The position numbers were made by a program, and so were the translations under genes. The notes below the pieces were generated by a model. It was not told the origin of the DNA and ran no database searches. It saw only the letters and a program-made list of their open reading frames with translations. Positions 19,360 to 28,786 of a stretch of 64,000 bases of DNA are shown here, in pieces. The stretch spans positions 18,571-82,570 of the forward strand of contig JAHDXH010000001.1 of the NCBI GenBank assembly GCA_023382875.1. Direction: 5' to 3'. Source of the DNA: Patescibacteria group bacterium (lineage in GTDB: Bacteria > Patescibacteriota > Microgenomatia > UBA1400 > PJMF01). Every line of letters starts with the position of its first letter. Position 1 is the first letter of the stretch.

Positions 19360-20541
19360 TTAATGATGATGCCCGCCGTGATGGTGGGCATCTTTTTTTG
19401 ACTCATCTTCAGGATCAAGTTTAGTTTTAGTGAAAACATAGGCGGCTAAGGCAGTTGCGAGTGGTGCAGCAAAAATCAAACCAATACTGCCAACCAGCAT
19501 TTTGACAATTTCCTCTGCCACCAATTCAAATTCTAAAATATCAATGAAGCCTTTGTTTGAGCCAAAGAAAAGTAAAAGCAGCGGCAATGAGGCTCCGGCA
19601 TAAACTAAAACTAAAGTATTAACCATTGATGAAATATGATCTTGGCCGACCTTCATACCTTTTTGGAAAAGTTTTAAAAAGCCAATGGCAGGATTGGTTC
19701 TTTTGATTTGTTCGACAACGGAAGCTTGACCAATGGTCACGTCATCTAAAATACCTAGTGTGCCAATGATAATTCCGGCCAATAGTAAGCCCTTAATATC
19801 AATCGTGCCATGTCTTTCGATTTGTAGGAATCCTGCTTCCTCGCTGGCAAAGCCGGTCAAATAGGTCTGTTTGATAAAAATGAGAGCTAAGGTGCCAGTA
19901 AAAGCCAAAGAAATTAGGGTGGTAATAACACCGACATGAGTCTTTTTGTTAATACCGTGAGAAACGTAAAAAGTGGCGGGGATAATGACGGCTGCACCGA
20001 TGAGTGTAGAAATAACCGGATTGTAACCATTAATAATCATAGGAATAATCTGGTAAAAAATTACCAAAAATGAAATACAAAGTCCCACTAAAGACATCAT
20101 GCCCCAAATTTTTCCGATGGCTAAAACAGCGATAATAAAAAGAAGTGTTAATCTAATTAGTCCATGTCTCTTGATTTTCCCTTGAATAATAAACTCTGGT
20201 TGTTCACTTCCATCGAAGTAGCTTAAACGAATTTTATCGTTGGTTTTGTAGTTTTCATATTGAGCGGTAATATCCACACCTGCGCTCGAATTTTTAACCA
20301 AGAACACTTGGTCTTTGTATTCTGAGTTGGTTAATTTCACTTCTAATTGCTGATATGGAACCAGTTCGCCATTAAACGATTCTTTGCCTGTTTCTTTGAC
20401 CTTAATGACCACGCCTTCTGCACTCACAGGTTCTGCTAAAGGCTCTGTGGTTTGTGCAAATGCCTGACTTTTGAAGCCAATTAATATGGCTACACAAGTG
20501 AAAAAAATAAATAGGTTTTTTTTGAAACTTTGAAAAGTCAT
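19360..20541 (-). CDS. YibE/F-family membrane protein
   Basis: GIIIGTLGILDDVT, DHISSMVNTLVLVYAGASLP, His-rich tail. Confidence 0.88.
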   Translation of the reverse strand: MTFQSFKKNLFIFFTCVAILIGFKSQAFAQTTEPLAEPVSAEGVVIKVKETGKESFNGELVPYQQLEVKLTNSEYKDQVFLVKNSSAGVDITAQYENYKTNDKIRLSYFDGSEQPEFIIQGKIKRHGLIRLTLLFIIAVLAIGKIWGMMSLVGLCISFLVIFYQIIPMIINGYNPVISTLIGAAVIIPATFYVSHGINKKTHVGVITTLISLAFTGTLALIFIKQTYLTGFASEEAGFLQIERHGTIDIKGLLLAGIIIGTLGILDDVTIGQASVVEQIKRTNPAIGFLKLFQKGMKVGQDHISSMVNTLVLVYAGASLPLLLLFFGSNKGFIDILEFELVAEEIVKMLVGSIGLIFAAPLATALAAYVFTKTKLDPEDESKKDAHHHGGHHH

Positions 20542-20569
20542 GCTTTATTTATTTTAACATTTGCCAAAC

Positions 20570-21217
20570 TTATAGCCAGTTAAGTAGTTTTTGAACGATT
20601 TTGGTTTGTTTTTGCAAGCGCTTTTTTGTCCAGACGAATTGACTGTTTTTATATGCAGAAGGTCTGGTTTGAAAAAATAAAAATGCCTTGCCTAATTTTT
20701 TAGTCAAAGTGCTGACATAGCGTCTTTTTGCTAAGAGTGGTTTTAATCTTTTGGCGCTTAGAATATCCAAGTCATCAATGTCTCGAAGGATCTTAGCTTC
20801 AATTGTTTTTAAGGGAAAAAATTGAAATTGTGAATGCTTGCGAATGGCGTAGCCAATTTTTTTAAGGGTTGCTGAAGGCAGGTGATGTTTGTTGTGGTGG
20901 TAAAAAATTTTGAGGGAACCAATACCTTCATAAACCTGATAATAAAATAGTTTGATTGGGTTGAGTGATTGGCGTCTCCCCTTCCAAACATCATGCCAAC
21001 AAATGGCCGGCAAAAGAATAGAAAAATCAATTTTTTCTTGGTGCTTTTTTAAAAATATTTCTAAATGTTTGAGGAGCCTGCCGATATGATGGTGGTCATG
21101 AATTGGATCGGGGCTTTGTGCCATTAACTTTTCTCCAGTTTTACAAATGGCAATAATTTTTTTGGACAGTTTGATTTGGGGATGGTTTTGTAAAAACTTT
21201 TCTATATACATCAACAA
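20570..21217 (-). CDS. HD-domain protein
   Basis: HDHHH, CWHDVWK, IRKH, LRDIDDLD. Confidence 0.7.
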   Translation of the reverse strand: MLMYIEKFLQNHPQIKLSKKIIAICKTGEKLMAQSPDPIHDHHHIGRLLKHLEIFLKKHQEKIDFSILLPAICWHDVWKGRRQSLNPIKLFYYQVYEGIGSLKIFYHHNKHHLPSATLKKIGYAIRKHSQFQFFPLKTIEAKILRDIDDLDILSAKRLKPLLAKRRYVSTLTKKLGKAFLFFQTRPSAYKNSQFVWTKKRLQKQTKIVQKLLNWL

Positions 21218-21258
21218 ACCATATCTTAAGTGAAATTATCAAAAATAGCAAAACCTGC

Positions 21259-21290
21259 AAAAAGAGGGTCGTTGATAGACCCTCTTTTTT
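21259..21290. terminator. Intrinsic terminator (bidirectional-capable)
   Basis: AAAAAGAGGGTC-loop-GACCCTCTTTTTT. Confidence 0.8.
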
Positions 21291-21301
21291 CGTAATGAAT
21301 G

Positions 21302-21649
21302 CTACTTCAATTTTTCCGGTGGGAAGCGTTGGTCGAGGCTGCCTCTGCCTCTAGTATTGAGGGTAATACCCCCATTTTCCGCATAAGCTGTCATCACTTG
21401 CCACACGCTCTTCGCTTTGCTCAGAGATTCAATCGGATATGACAGTCGCCAAACAGTTATTGTGTGTTCAAAGTTGGCAACGCCACTCGTAATCAAATTC
21501 TGCAAAACCAGAATTTTGAAGTTGAGATATTTCTTCTCTCGTTCTGATTTCCCTGCCTTTCTTGCTTGGTATTCGTCCATCAGCAATTTGAGTTGCTTGA
21601 CGCGATACGCCGGCACTCTGGGCAGGACGATATCTGGATACGCGACCAT
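21302..21649 (-). CDS. Orphan hypothetical protein, monocistronic
   Basis: AAGGAG RBS, own promoter and terminator. Confidence 0.7.
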   Translation of the reverse strand: MVAYPDIVLPRVPAYRVKQLKLLMDEYQARKAGKSEREKKYLNFKILVLQNLITSGVANFEHTITVWRLSYPIESLSKAKSVWQVMTAYAENGGITLNTRGRGSLDQRFPPEKLK

Positions 21650-21696
21650 GTCAAAAATCTCCTTAAATGACTATTCGGTCGAAGCATTCAGTACTG

Positions 21697-21725
21697 ATTA
21701 TAGGCTTTATCTTGAGTAAAGTCAA
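21697..21725 (-). promoter_or_regulatory. sigma70 promoter
   Basis: TTGACT-N17-TATAAT on the minus strand. Confidence 0.7.
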
Positions 21726-21736
21726 ATGTTATAGGA

Positions 21737-22996
21737 TTAGAGTGGCTGAGACCCGGCAATTTCTTCCATGCCCTTAAGATCCATTCTTATTTTTCTAGGA
21801 GTAACCATCAAAACGATAATAGAAACTACCATCAAAATCATCGCAAACAGCCCCATTGTTCTTCCATAGCCAAGAATATCAGCGGTAAATCCAGCAAGGA
21901 TTGGGCCTATGATGTAGGCAATACTAGATGCTGAACTTCTTAGTCCAACTAAATCGTTTTCATAGCCATCAATCCTAGCAATATAATCTTCGAAAACAGC
22001 TTCAATTTCTGGGTAATCAATGGAAATAAATAGAGCGCCAATCAAAACGAAGATGGTTAGTAATGGACTGCCTTCCCCCAAAATGAAAGCACCTCCGCCC
22101 ATAATGGCAGAGCCAATGACGGCAGAGACAAAGGCAATTCTTTTTTTGCTGACTTTGGGACTAATTTTTTGAATGATGAAAGGTGTTAAAAGCGAAGGTA
22201 ATGTATAAGCAGGGAGCAACAGAGCTCCTAGCCAACTATGCTCGACAATTTCTTCTGAAATCAAAGGGCCAACAGTCCAAAAAGATGTATCTAAAATTAC
22301 GAGCGCTAAGAAAAAAATGTAAACTGGCCAGATTCTCTTTAATAAAAGTTTCCATAAACGAAGCTCTACTTTGAAAGTCCGGCCAGCTAGGATTTCGGTT
22401 GGTCGCTCATGTTTTTTACTGATGAATTGTAGGATCAAAAAGAAAACTCCTGCCACCATCAAACTAGCAATGACTGCTCCAAGCATCAAGCCTCGAGAGT
22501 GACTAAGAAAAATGCCTGCTGCAACTGGACCAACCATAAATGCAAAAGCATGAACTGCACTAACTACACTCCACGCTCTGGCGTGCTGGTGAGTATCGAC
22601 GGTTTGATGAATAAAGTTGAATTGGGAAAAAGCAGAAAACTCATAATAAACTCCCCAAATAGCCATGGCCGCAAAATAAGTTAAAGTCATTGCTGGCAGC
22701 ATCAAAAAAGTGAGCGGGAAAAGTGTGGCTAAAATAATCAGCCATTTTACAAAGAAGCGATAGTCGTAGTGTGGAAAAAACTTAGAAATTAGCAGATCTG
22801 CAACTAAACCAACTGCAGATGAGCTACTCAAAACCAATCCCATTAAAAAAGCATCTTGGAAGTGATTTTCAATTTCCACAGGTGAGAAATAAGACATGAT
22901 GGCGTCACTAAAGGAGAAGAAGAAAACAATCATGCCAAAACAAAGCATATAAATCGATTGTTTTGACCATGAAGAGCGAACAAAAGGATTTGCCAT
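21737..22996 (-). CDS. MFS transporter
   Basis: 12 TM helices, GPVAAG and GPILAG motifs. Confidence 0.85.
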   Translation of the reverse strand: MANPFVRSSWSKQSIYMLCFGMIVFFFSFSDAIMSYFSPVEIENHFQDAFLMGLVLSSSSAVGLVADLLISKFFPHYDYRFFVKWLIILATLFPLTFLMLPAMTLTYFAAMAIWGVYYEFSAFSQFNFIHQTVDTHQHARAWSVVSAVHAFAFMVGPVAAGIFLSHSRGLMLGAVIASLMVAGVFFLILQFISKKHERPTEILAGRTFKVELRLWKLLLKRIWPVYIFFLALVILDTSFWTVGPLISEEIVEHSWLGALLLPAYTLPSLLTPFIIQKISPKVSKKRIAFVSAVIGSAIMGGGAFILGEGSPLLTIFVLIGALFISIDYPEIEAVFEDYIARIDGYENDLVGLRSSASSIAYIIGPILAGFTADILGYGRTMGLFAMILMVVSIIVLMVTPRKIRMDLKGMEEIAGSQPL

Positions 22997-23010
22997 AGGA
23001 TAAGAATATC

Positions 23011-23625
23011 CTATGCTAGTTCTTTGACGCGAGCAAGAAGGAGGTCAAGCGCAACGTTGTTATGACCGCCTTCGGGCACAATAATATCTGCATAGCGCTT
23101 ACTAGGTTCGACAAATTCTAAGTGCATTGGTCTGGTGAATTTTTTGTATTGATCAACGGTAAACTCAAAAGTTCTGCCTCTTTCTTTGATGTCTCTTTCA
23201 ATTCTTCTTAAAACTCTAATGTCTGGATCGGTATCAACAAAAACTTTTAAATCTAGCATATCTCTTAGTTCTTTGTTTTCAAAAAGTAAGATTCCTTCAA
23301 TGATGACGACTTTAGCTGGGGTAATATTTTCGGTTGTTTTTAACCTAGTATGGTGAGAGAAGTCATAGGTTGGCTTTTGTACGCTCTGGTTTTTGGCCAA
23401 CTCTTTGAGATGTTTGACTAATAAATCAGTTTCTAAAGAATCAGGATGATCGTAATTGGTCTTCTCTCTTTCACTCATCGGCAAATGGTCTTGATCTCGG
23501 TAGTAATCATCATGAGAGATACATAAAACGGAGTGGTTTTTTAAAACCTTGGTGAGATTGGCTACCACGGTGGTTTTACCAGAACCACTGCCACCTGTTA
23601 CACCAATGAAGAAAGGCTTTGACAT
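23011..23625 (-). CDS. udk: Uridine kinase
   Basis: GGSGSGKTT, HDDYY, NYDHP, EGIL, RRIERD, EPSKRYAD. Confidence 0.95.
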   Translation of the reverse strand: MSKPFFIGVTGGSGSGKTTVVANLTKVLKNHSVLCISHDDYYRDQDHLPMSEREKTNYDHPDSLETDLLVKHLKELAKNQSVQKPTYDFSHHTRLKTTENITPAKVVIIEGILLFENKELRDMLDLKVFVDTDPDIRVLRRIERDIKERGRTFEFTVDQYKKFTRPMHLEFVEPSKRYADIIVPEGGHNNVALDLLLARVKELA

Positions 23626-23739
23626 CAAAGCATTTTAGCACGATCAAAACTGGCGGTAAATTTACCTATTTACTGATACTTTTTCTAAGTAAAAATAGCT
23701 CTTTATCATACTTCGTCATACCAAATGACTTGAAATTTT

Positions 23740-24987
23740 ATGTTAAAAAATGTTGAAAAATATCAGGGACATAGTCTGGAAAAAACAACGGCTTATCCAT
23801 TCAAAGAAATTATTAAAAACTCTGAAACTTTGCCAAATGGAGTAATTATTTCTAGGATGCCAGCCGAAGTTAGTGCTCCTCATCGGGTGTTTATGGCTCA
23901 GATGGTAGCGGCTCAACTTGGTCCATCCGTTTTGACATATCCGAATATTCCGATTAAGGCAGTGCATGAGGCTTTGCTTCAAACTGGAGTGGAGGGTCTA
24001 CCCTACTATGTTAATTCTTGTCCAGAAATTGACGATTTATTGCTGGGACGTCATGCAGATCATAGAACAGAGGCAGATCATGTTGGTGACACTTATTATT
24101 TTGATGTGAGTAGGGCAGGTATTTACGGCGCATTCAATCGAAGTTTGGGGTACATTGCTCATGCTGAAAAAAAAGTCAGAAATAGCTTTGATGATGTTAA
24201 CCAAAGTTGGGTGAAACAATATGGGGTAGGAGTTTGTGCTCCACTAATTTCATTTGAAAACTTAGTCAAATATGCGCGTGATAATGAGGCGAGAGCTTAC
24301 GCAATTCCAGTCACTTCAATTGCAGAATCTTTGCAAGTTGTTTCGGCAATGTTCCCTTTGGCAGCTTTAGAAATCATGAAAGTTTTGCAAAATGATTCGT
24401 GGGTTGGCGGCAATGGCTCTTTACGAGCTAAAAAATCATCACGACTTTACGAGTCGTTAGCCAAATTTATTAGAGAGAAAAATAGTGCCTATGCACTTAA
24501 TCAATTAATTTTTGGCCAAGCTGGATTAGACCAATTGATTAACTATTATATGGAAAATGTTGAAGAGAATTTTTACCTTGGGAGTAGCGCTGATGAAATT
24601 ACAAGAAACTTCGTGGAGCGAACACTGATTAGCCGCTCTCCCCATTCCCACCCATCCAATGGTCATCAGGCGGACGTTTCTGAAGTTGTGGTTAGGAGTT
24701 TAGATCGTCGTCTTAGTCCTATTCCTTGGGAAGCAATGGTTATTTTGGGTGACGGACAATCGACCTTTGAGCAATTGGTAAAAACTGCCAATTTACTAAA
24801 GTCAGCCCAGCCAATGATGGAGGTGGTGCTTATTTGCAACAACCAAGGTGATCCACTTAAATTAGACCATGTTGAAGGCATGGTTCCGTCATTGGCTGAA
24901 TATGCAGTGATGGGTTGGAGCAACCACTTTCTTGGTAGAAAATGTGCCCAGTTTGTTAATAAAGCTTCCAGTTACCAAATTACCTAG
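23740..24987 (+). CDS. Hypothetical protein with a ThDP-binding-like GDG-x27-NN motif
   Basis: ILGDGQSTFEQLVKTANLL...VVLICNNQ resembles the 2-oxoacid dehydrogenase E1-alpha motif; the rest is unrecognised. Confidence 0.45.
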   Translation: MLKNVEKYQGHSLEKTTAYPFKEIIKNSETLPNGVIISRMPAEVSAPHRVFMAQMVAAQLGPSVLTYPNIPIKAVHEALLQTGVEGLPYYVNSCPEIDDLLLGRHADHRTEADHVGDTYYFDVSRAGIYGAFNRSLGYIAHAEKKVRNSFDDVNQSWVKQYGVGVCAPLISFENLVKYARDNEARAYAIPVTSIAESLQVVSAMFPLAALEIMKVLQNDSWVGGNGSLRAKKSSRLYESLAKFIREKNSAYALNQLIFGQAGLDQLINYYMENVEENFYLGSSADEITRNFVERTLISRSPHSHPSNGHQADVSEVVVRSLDRRLSPIPWEAMVILGDGQSTFEQLVKTANLLKSAQPMMEVVLICNNQGDPLKLDHVEGMVPSLAEYAVMGWSNHFLGRKCAQFVNKASSYQIT

Positions 24988-26003
24988 AATGAAATTTTGC
25001 CAGCATCAAACCAATAAAGCACAAAGTATCCAATCAGTAAAATAAGCCAGCCGACAATCTGCACTAAGTCTAAAAATCTACTCCAAGACATAGTTAAATT
25101 TTGACGGATAGTTTCATCGATTGAACTTAAGGAGCTGAGCTTATTTTTTACAACCTCTTGCCACTCATCGATATAAAACTCTTCGACAATAGTGCGATAA
25201 ATTTGCGATGAATACCAATCGCCAATTAGCAAAATTGATTGACTAGTATTTTCAAAATCTAAAAGTAATGATAATTGTGTTTTTACGACTTGGGTCAGGT
25301 TGGCTTGGTCATTGTTAATGAATTTGAATCCAGTTTGATTGAGTGTTTGGCGAAGCTTAGCGAGTGATTTGTCTATTTGAGCATCTAGCATACGATAACG
25401 AAGGATTTGATAATTACCGATGGTAAAAAGTTCAATATCTTCTTCGATTGTATGGCCAGAACTTAAAATAAAACTACCTTCCCAATCAATAATTGTTAGT
25501 TCTGATTCTGAATAATGAATTTTAGAAATTAGAGTGTTATCAATTTCTGATTGATCGAGTGGTTTGTGATATGTACGAATAAATTGAGCAATTATTCTGT
25601 CATTTTTTTTGACAAATTCAGCAAAGGGTTTATTGGCTTCAGGTAAGAGAACAATGCTGTATTCCTCTTCTATTACTTCATCATCAAGTTTGTAGCGTTC
25701 ATGCAGTAATTTTTTAATTTCTGTTTGAATCAAATTTTTCTTAGCAACATTTTGCTCTGATAGTTCAGTTGGCAGTTGGTAGCGGCATTCTACGGAAATT
25801 ACTTTGGAGTCAAAAAGTTTGCTAGAAAATTGAATAGCTATTGAGTCAATTTCTTCTCTCCACGCTTCAATTAAATTGACTTCGATATCTAAATCATAAA
25901 AATAAGGAGCATCTTTCGGTTTCGACTCAGGAACAGCCCACCCTTTTTTGTTTTGAGTGGTAGCTGGGAACATTAATAAAAATAGACAATCAAAATTGCT
26001 CAT
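24984..26003 (-). CDS. Hypothetical protein with a C-terminal TM (RMD1/DUF155-like architecture)
   Basis: IIDWEG, IGDWY, coiled helices, terminal TM; start ATG 6 nt after TATAAT. Confidence 0.55.
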   Translation of the reverse strand: MSNFDCLFLLMFPATTQNKKGWAVPESKPKDAPYFYDLDIEVNLIEAWREEIDSIAIQFSSKLFDSKVISVECRYQLPTELSEQNVAKKNLIQTEIKKLLHERYKLDDEVIEEEYSIVLLPEANKPFAEFVKKNDRIIAQFIRTYHKPLDQSEIDNTLISKIHYSESELTIIDWEGSFILSSGHTIEEDIELFTIGNYQILRYRMLDAQIDKSLAKLRQTLNQTGFKFINNDQANLTQVVKTQLSLLLDFENTSQSILLIGDWYSSQIYRTIVEEFYIDEWQEVVKNKLSSLSSIDETIRQNLTMSWSRFLDLVQIVGWLILLIGYFVLYWFDAGKISF

Positions 26004-26024
26004 ATGGTGATTATACTCCAAGGA

Positions 26025-26996
26025 TTACTTCAAAATTAATTGAAACAACAATCTAAGCCAAAGATAGTGTGACAAATAAATTTGGTATGAATATTTACCT
26101 AGCCAAATCAGTGGTGAAGGGAATGATTTAATTTTGGCAAAAGACCAAGTGACAAAAACAATGCCAATTGTGGCAAAAACCATGGTTGGATACTGAGTGA
26201 AGCGCAAAACATTAAGGGCATTCATGCCATCTTTTAATTTTTCCAAACTATAAAAACTAAGCCACAACCATGATGTTAATGTGGCGATAAATAGTGAAGA
26301 TTTGAAAAAAAGTTTTTGCTTATCAATCCAGGTGATAATTTTTGGTATATGGAAGCCCAGCACAAAATACCAAATCCAGTTTGGACTCCAAAAATATTGC
26401 TCGACGTCGTTGATGAAATATTTAAGATTGAGTGGAGCTTGATTGTGATAGCTAAAAAACCATAGCCAAGTTGTTTGAAAAATTAAGGCCGAGATTAAAG
26501 TTAATGTGGGAGCTTTTTTCCAGAGGAAAAAAAGCGCAGGAAAAATAATATAGAGTTGAAAAATCATGGGTATAAAATAAAGGTGATAATCAACTCTGCC
26601 CAAAATTAACAGTTCAATAAAACCACTAATGCTGCCAGTCATTTGCCAGCCATAGTAAAACCAAGCAAAGAAAAAATAAAAAACTGACCAAACAAGATAA
26701 GGTGGTAATAATTTGAATAATCTATTTTTGACAAATTCGCTCAAGTTTAGGTTTTTAAAATACTTTTGACTTAAGCCATAACCAGAAAGGGCAACAAAAA
26801 GCGGAACACTTAGACGGGTGAAGCGGTCAATGAAAACTGCTTGCCATTGCCAATCAGAATTATTCCAAAATGGTGACTGCTTGATCAATGAAAAGTAATG
26901 AATGACTACAACGGCAACGATAGCTAAGCCTTTGAGAACTGTGGTGGCCACAGAGTTTAGTAATAATTGTTTGGTCGGGTGATTTTTTGCAGGCAC
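26025..26996 (-). CDS. Acyltransferase family 3
   Basis: LKGLAI..VVVIH, VPLFVALSG, YHLYFI, GKYSYQIYLSH. Confidence 0.9.
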   Translation of the reverse strand: MPAKNHPTKQLLLNSVATTVLKGLAIVAVVVIHYFSLIKQSPFWNNSDWQWQAVFIDRFTRLSVPLFVALSGYGLSQKYFKNLNLSEFVKNRLFKLLPPYLVWSVFYFFFAWFYYGWQMTGSISGFIELLILGRVDYHLYFIPMIFQLYIIFPALFFLWKKAPTLTLISALIFQTTWLWFFSYHNQAPLNLKYFINDVEQYFWSPNWIWYFVLGFHIPKIITWIDKQKLFFKSSLFIATLTSWLWLSFYSLEKLKDGMNALNVLRFTQYPTMVFATIGIVFVTWSFAKIKSFPSPLIWLGKYSYQIYLSHYLWLRLLFQLILK

Positions 26997-27028
26997 ACTT
27001 TAATTATATTTGAGTTACAGTAAAAAGC

Positions 27029-28786
27029 CTAGGAGTGACGCTTTTCTTTGAGCAGTAGTTCCATCGCGTGTTTTAGCGATCCAGCTTTGGTAACATTTCC
27101 TGCGTTAACAAAAAAGATTTCGTCTGCATTTTCAATAGTATTAAAGCGATGAGCAATAATCACTTTGGTTGTCGTTTGTGGCAATTTGGTTAAGATCTCG
27201 TCTAAAAGTTTTTCCGTAACGGTGTCGACATTAGCTGAAGCTTCATCCAAAATCAGTAATTCTGGTTTTCTTAAAATTGCTCTAATAAAGGCAATTAATT
27301 GTTGTTGGCCGAGGCTTAGTTGACCTTTGGTGGAAACTTTAGTTTCAAGACCTTGGGGAAATCTGTTTAGCAATTTATCTAGACCAAATTCTGCTAGTAC
27401 TTTTTCTAACTCAGTTATAGAAAGCGACTGGCATTTGGGATTGCCGTAAAGAATGTTTTCGGCAATGGTGGCTGAAAACAAAAATGGTTCTTGTAGGATA
27501 AAGCCAATTTTTTGAGTTCTCTCCTTTTCCGGAAAACTTTTAATATCTTGACCATTTAAATAAATTTCACCGCTTGTTGGGTCAAAAAGACGAGACATTA
27601 ATGATGCAATGGTAGTTTTTCCACCCCCCGTAGGTCCTACAAAAGCGTAGGTTTTACCCATTTCTAAATCGAAGGAAATATTGTGTAAAACATTTTTACC
27701 TTCTTGGTAGGCAAAGTTGACTTTGGAAAACTCTAATAACGAGTTAGTTTTCTTGGATTTTTTGTTTTCTACCTCTGTAATCTTAAGTTCGGACTTTAAG
27801 TTTAAAATTTCTGAAATTCTGTCCCAACCAGCCAAGGCAATCTGAAAAGTAGACCAGATGCTAGCAACATGTCTAATCGGGTCATAAAATCTACCAACAT
27901 AACTTACGTAGCTGACTAATAAACCTACGGTTAAGTTGCCATTGATGATTAAAGAAACTCCATAAAATAAAACAATGGCTTGGGCAATATTGGAAGCAAG
28001 ACTATAAATTGGAATTAGAGTATTGTTGGCCACGCCCGCAGCCAATGAACTTTGATAGTTAACTTCATTAACTTCATTAAATCTATTTCTAAAATAATCT
28101 CGACGATTAAAAACAGCGACAAGCTTGAAGTTTTCCAAAGCTTCAGAAATCTCCGCGCTTAAGTTGCCAGTCGCTTTGAGATTGGTGTTATTTTTTTGTT
28201 TAATCCAGCTCGAAAGAGCTTTGGTAATGATTAGTAAAGCAAAGGCTGGGACTAATGATGCGATGCCAAGCTTGAGATTGAGCATGACAAGGAAAATAGC
28301 TGCGCCCACCATCATAAAACTGTTGCTAATGAATTGAACAAGAGCCTGTGAGAAAAATTGATTGAGCTTGTCAGTATCGTTATTGATTCTTGAAATCAAA
28401 TCACCAACTTTATTTTGGTTGAAAAATGCCAATGGTAAAGATTGAAGCTTGTTAAATATTTCACTACGCAAACTAAATAAGAGTTTTTGACCAACGGTGC
28501 CCATCAATTTGGTTTGGAAGTAGGTGGCGATGGCGCTTAGGGCATAAACTAAAAATAAGACAGCTCCCCAGCTTAAGACGCCACTTATTTGTTTGGTGGC
28601 AATAAATTTATCGACAATCAAACCGATGATTAAGGGCCCAACAAGACTGGCTATTGAACTAAAAATCACTGCCACAAATGCCAAAAAAATTTCTCTTTTT
28701 TGATTTCTCAAAAGCGGCCAAAACTTTTTGATGGCTGCGAAGGCCGATTCTGTTTGGTGAGAAGTGTTAGTCAGTCGATAGTTCAT
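27029..28786 (-). CDS. ABC exporter TMD-NBD subunit
   Basis: GPTGGGKTT, LSLGQQQ, ILDEA, IAHR. Confidence 0.92.
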   Translation of the reverse strand: MNYRLTNTSHQTESAFAAIKKFWPLLRNQKREIFLAFVAVIFSSIASLVGPLIIGLIVDKFIATKQISGVLSWGAVLFLVYALSAIATYFQTKLMGTVGQKLLFSLRSEIFNKLQSLPLAFFNQNKVGDLISRINNDTDKLNQFFSQALVQFISNSFMMVGAAIFLVMLNLKLGIASLVPAFALLIITKALSSWIKQKNNTNLKATGNLSAEISEALENFKLVAVFNRRDYFRNRFNEVNEVNYQSSLAAGVANNTLIPIYSLASNIAQAIVLFYGVSLIINGNLTVGLLVSYVSYVGRFYDPIRHVASIWSTFQIALAGWDRISEILNLKSELKITEVENKKSKKTNSLLEFSKVNFAYQEGKNVLHNISFDLEMGKTYAFVGPTGGGKTTIASLMSRLFDPTSGEIYLNGQDIKSFPEKERTQKIGFILQEPFLFSATIAENILYGNPKCQSLSITELEKVLAEFGLDKLLNRFPQGLETKVSTKGQLSLGQQQLIAFIRAILRKPELLILDEASANVDTVTEKLLDEILTKLPQTTTKVIIAHRFNTIENADEIFFVNAGNVTKAGSLKHAMELLLKEKRHS

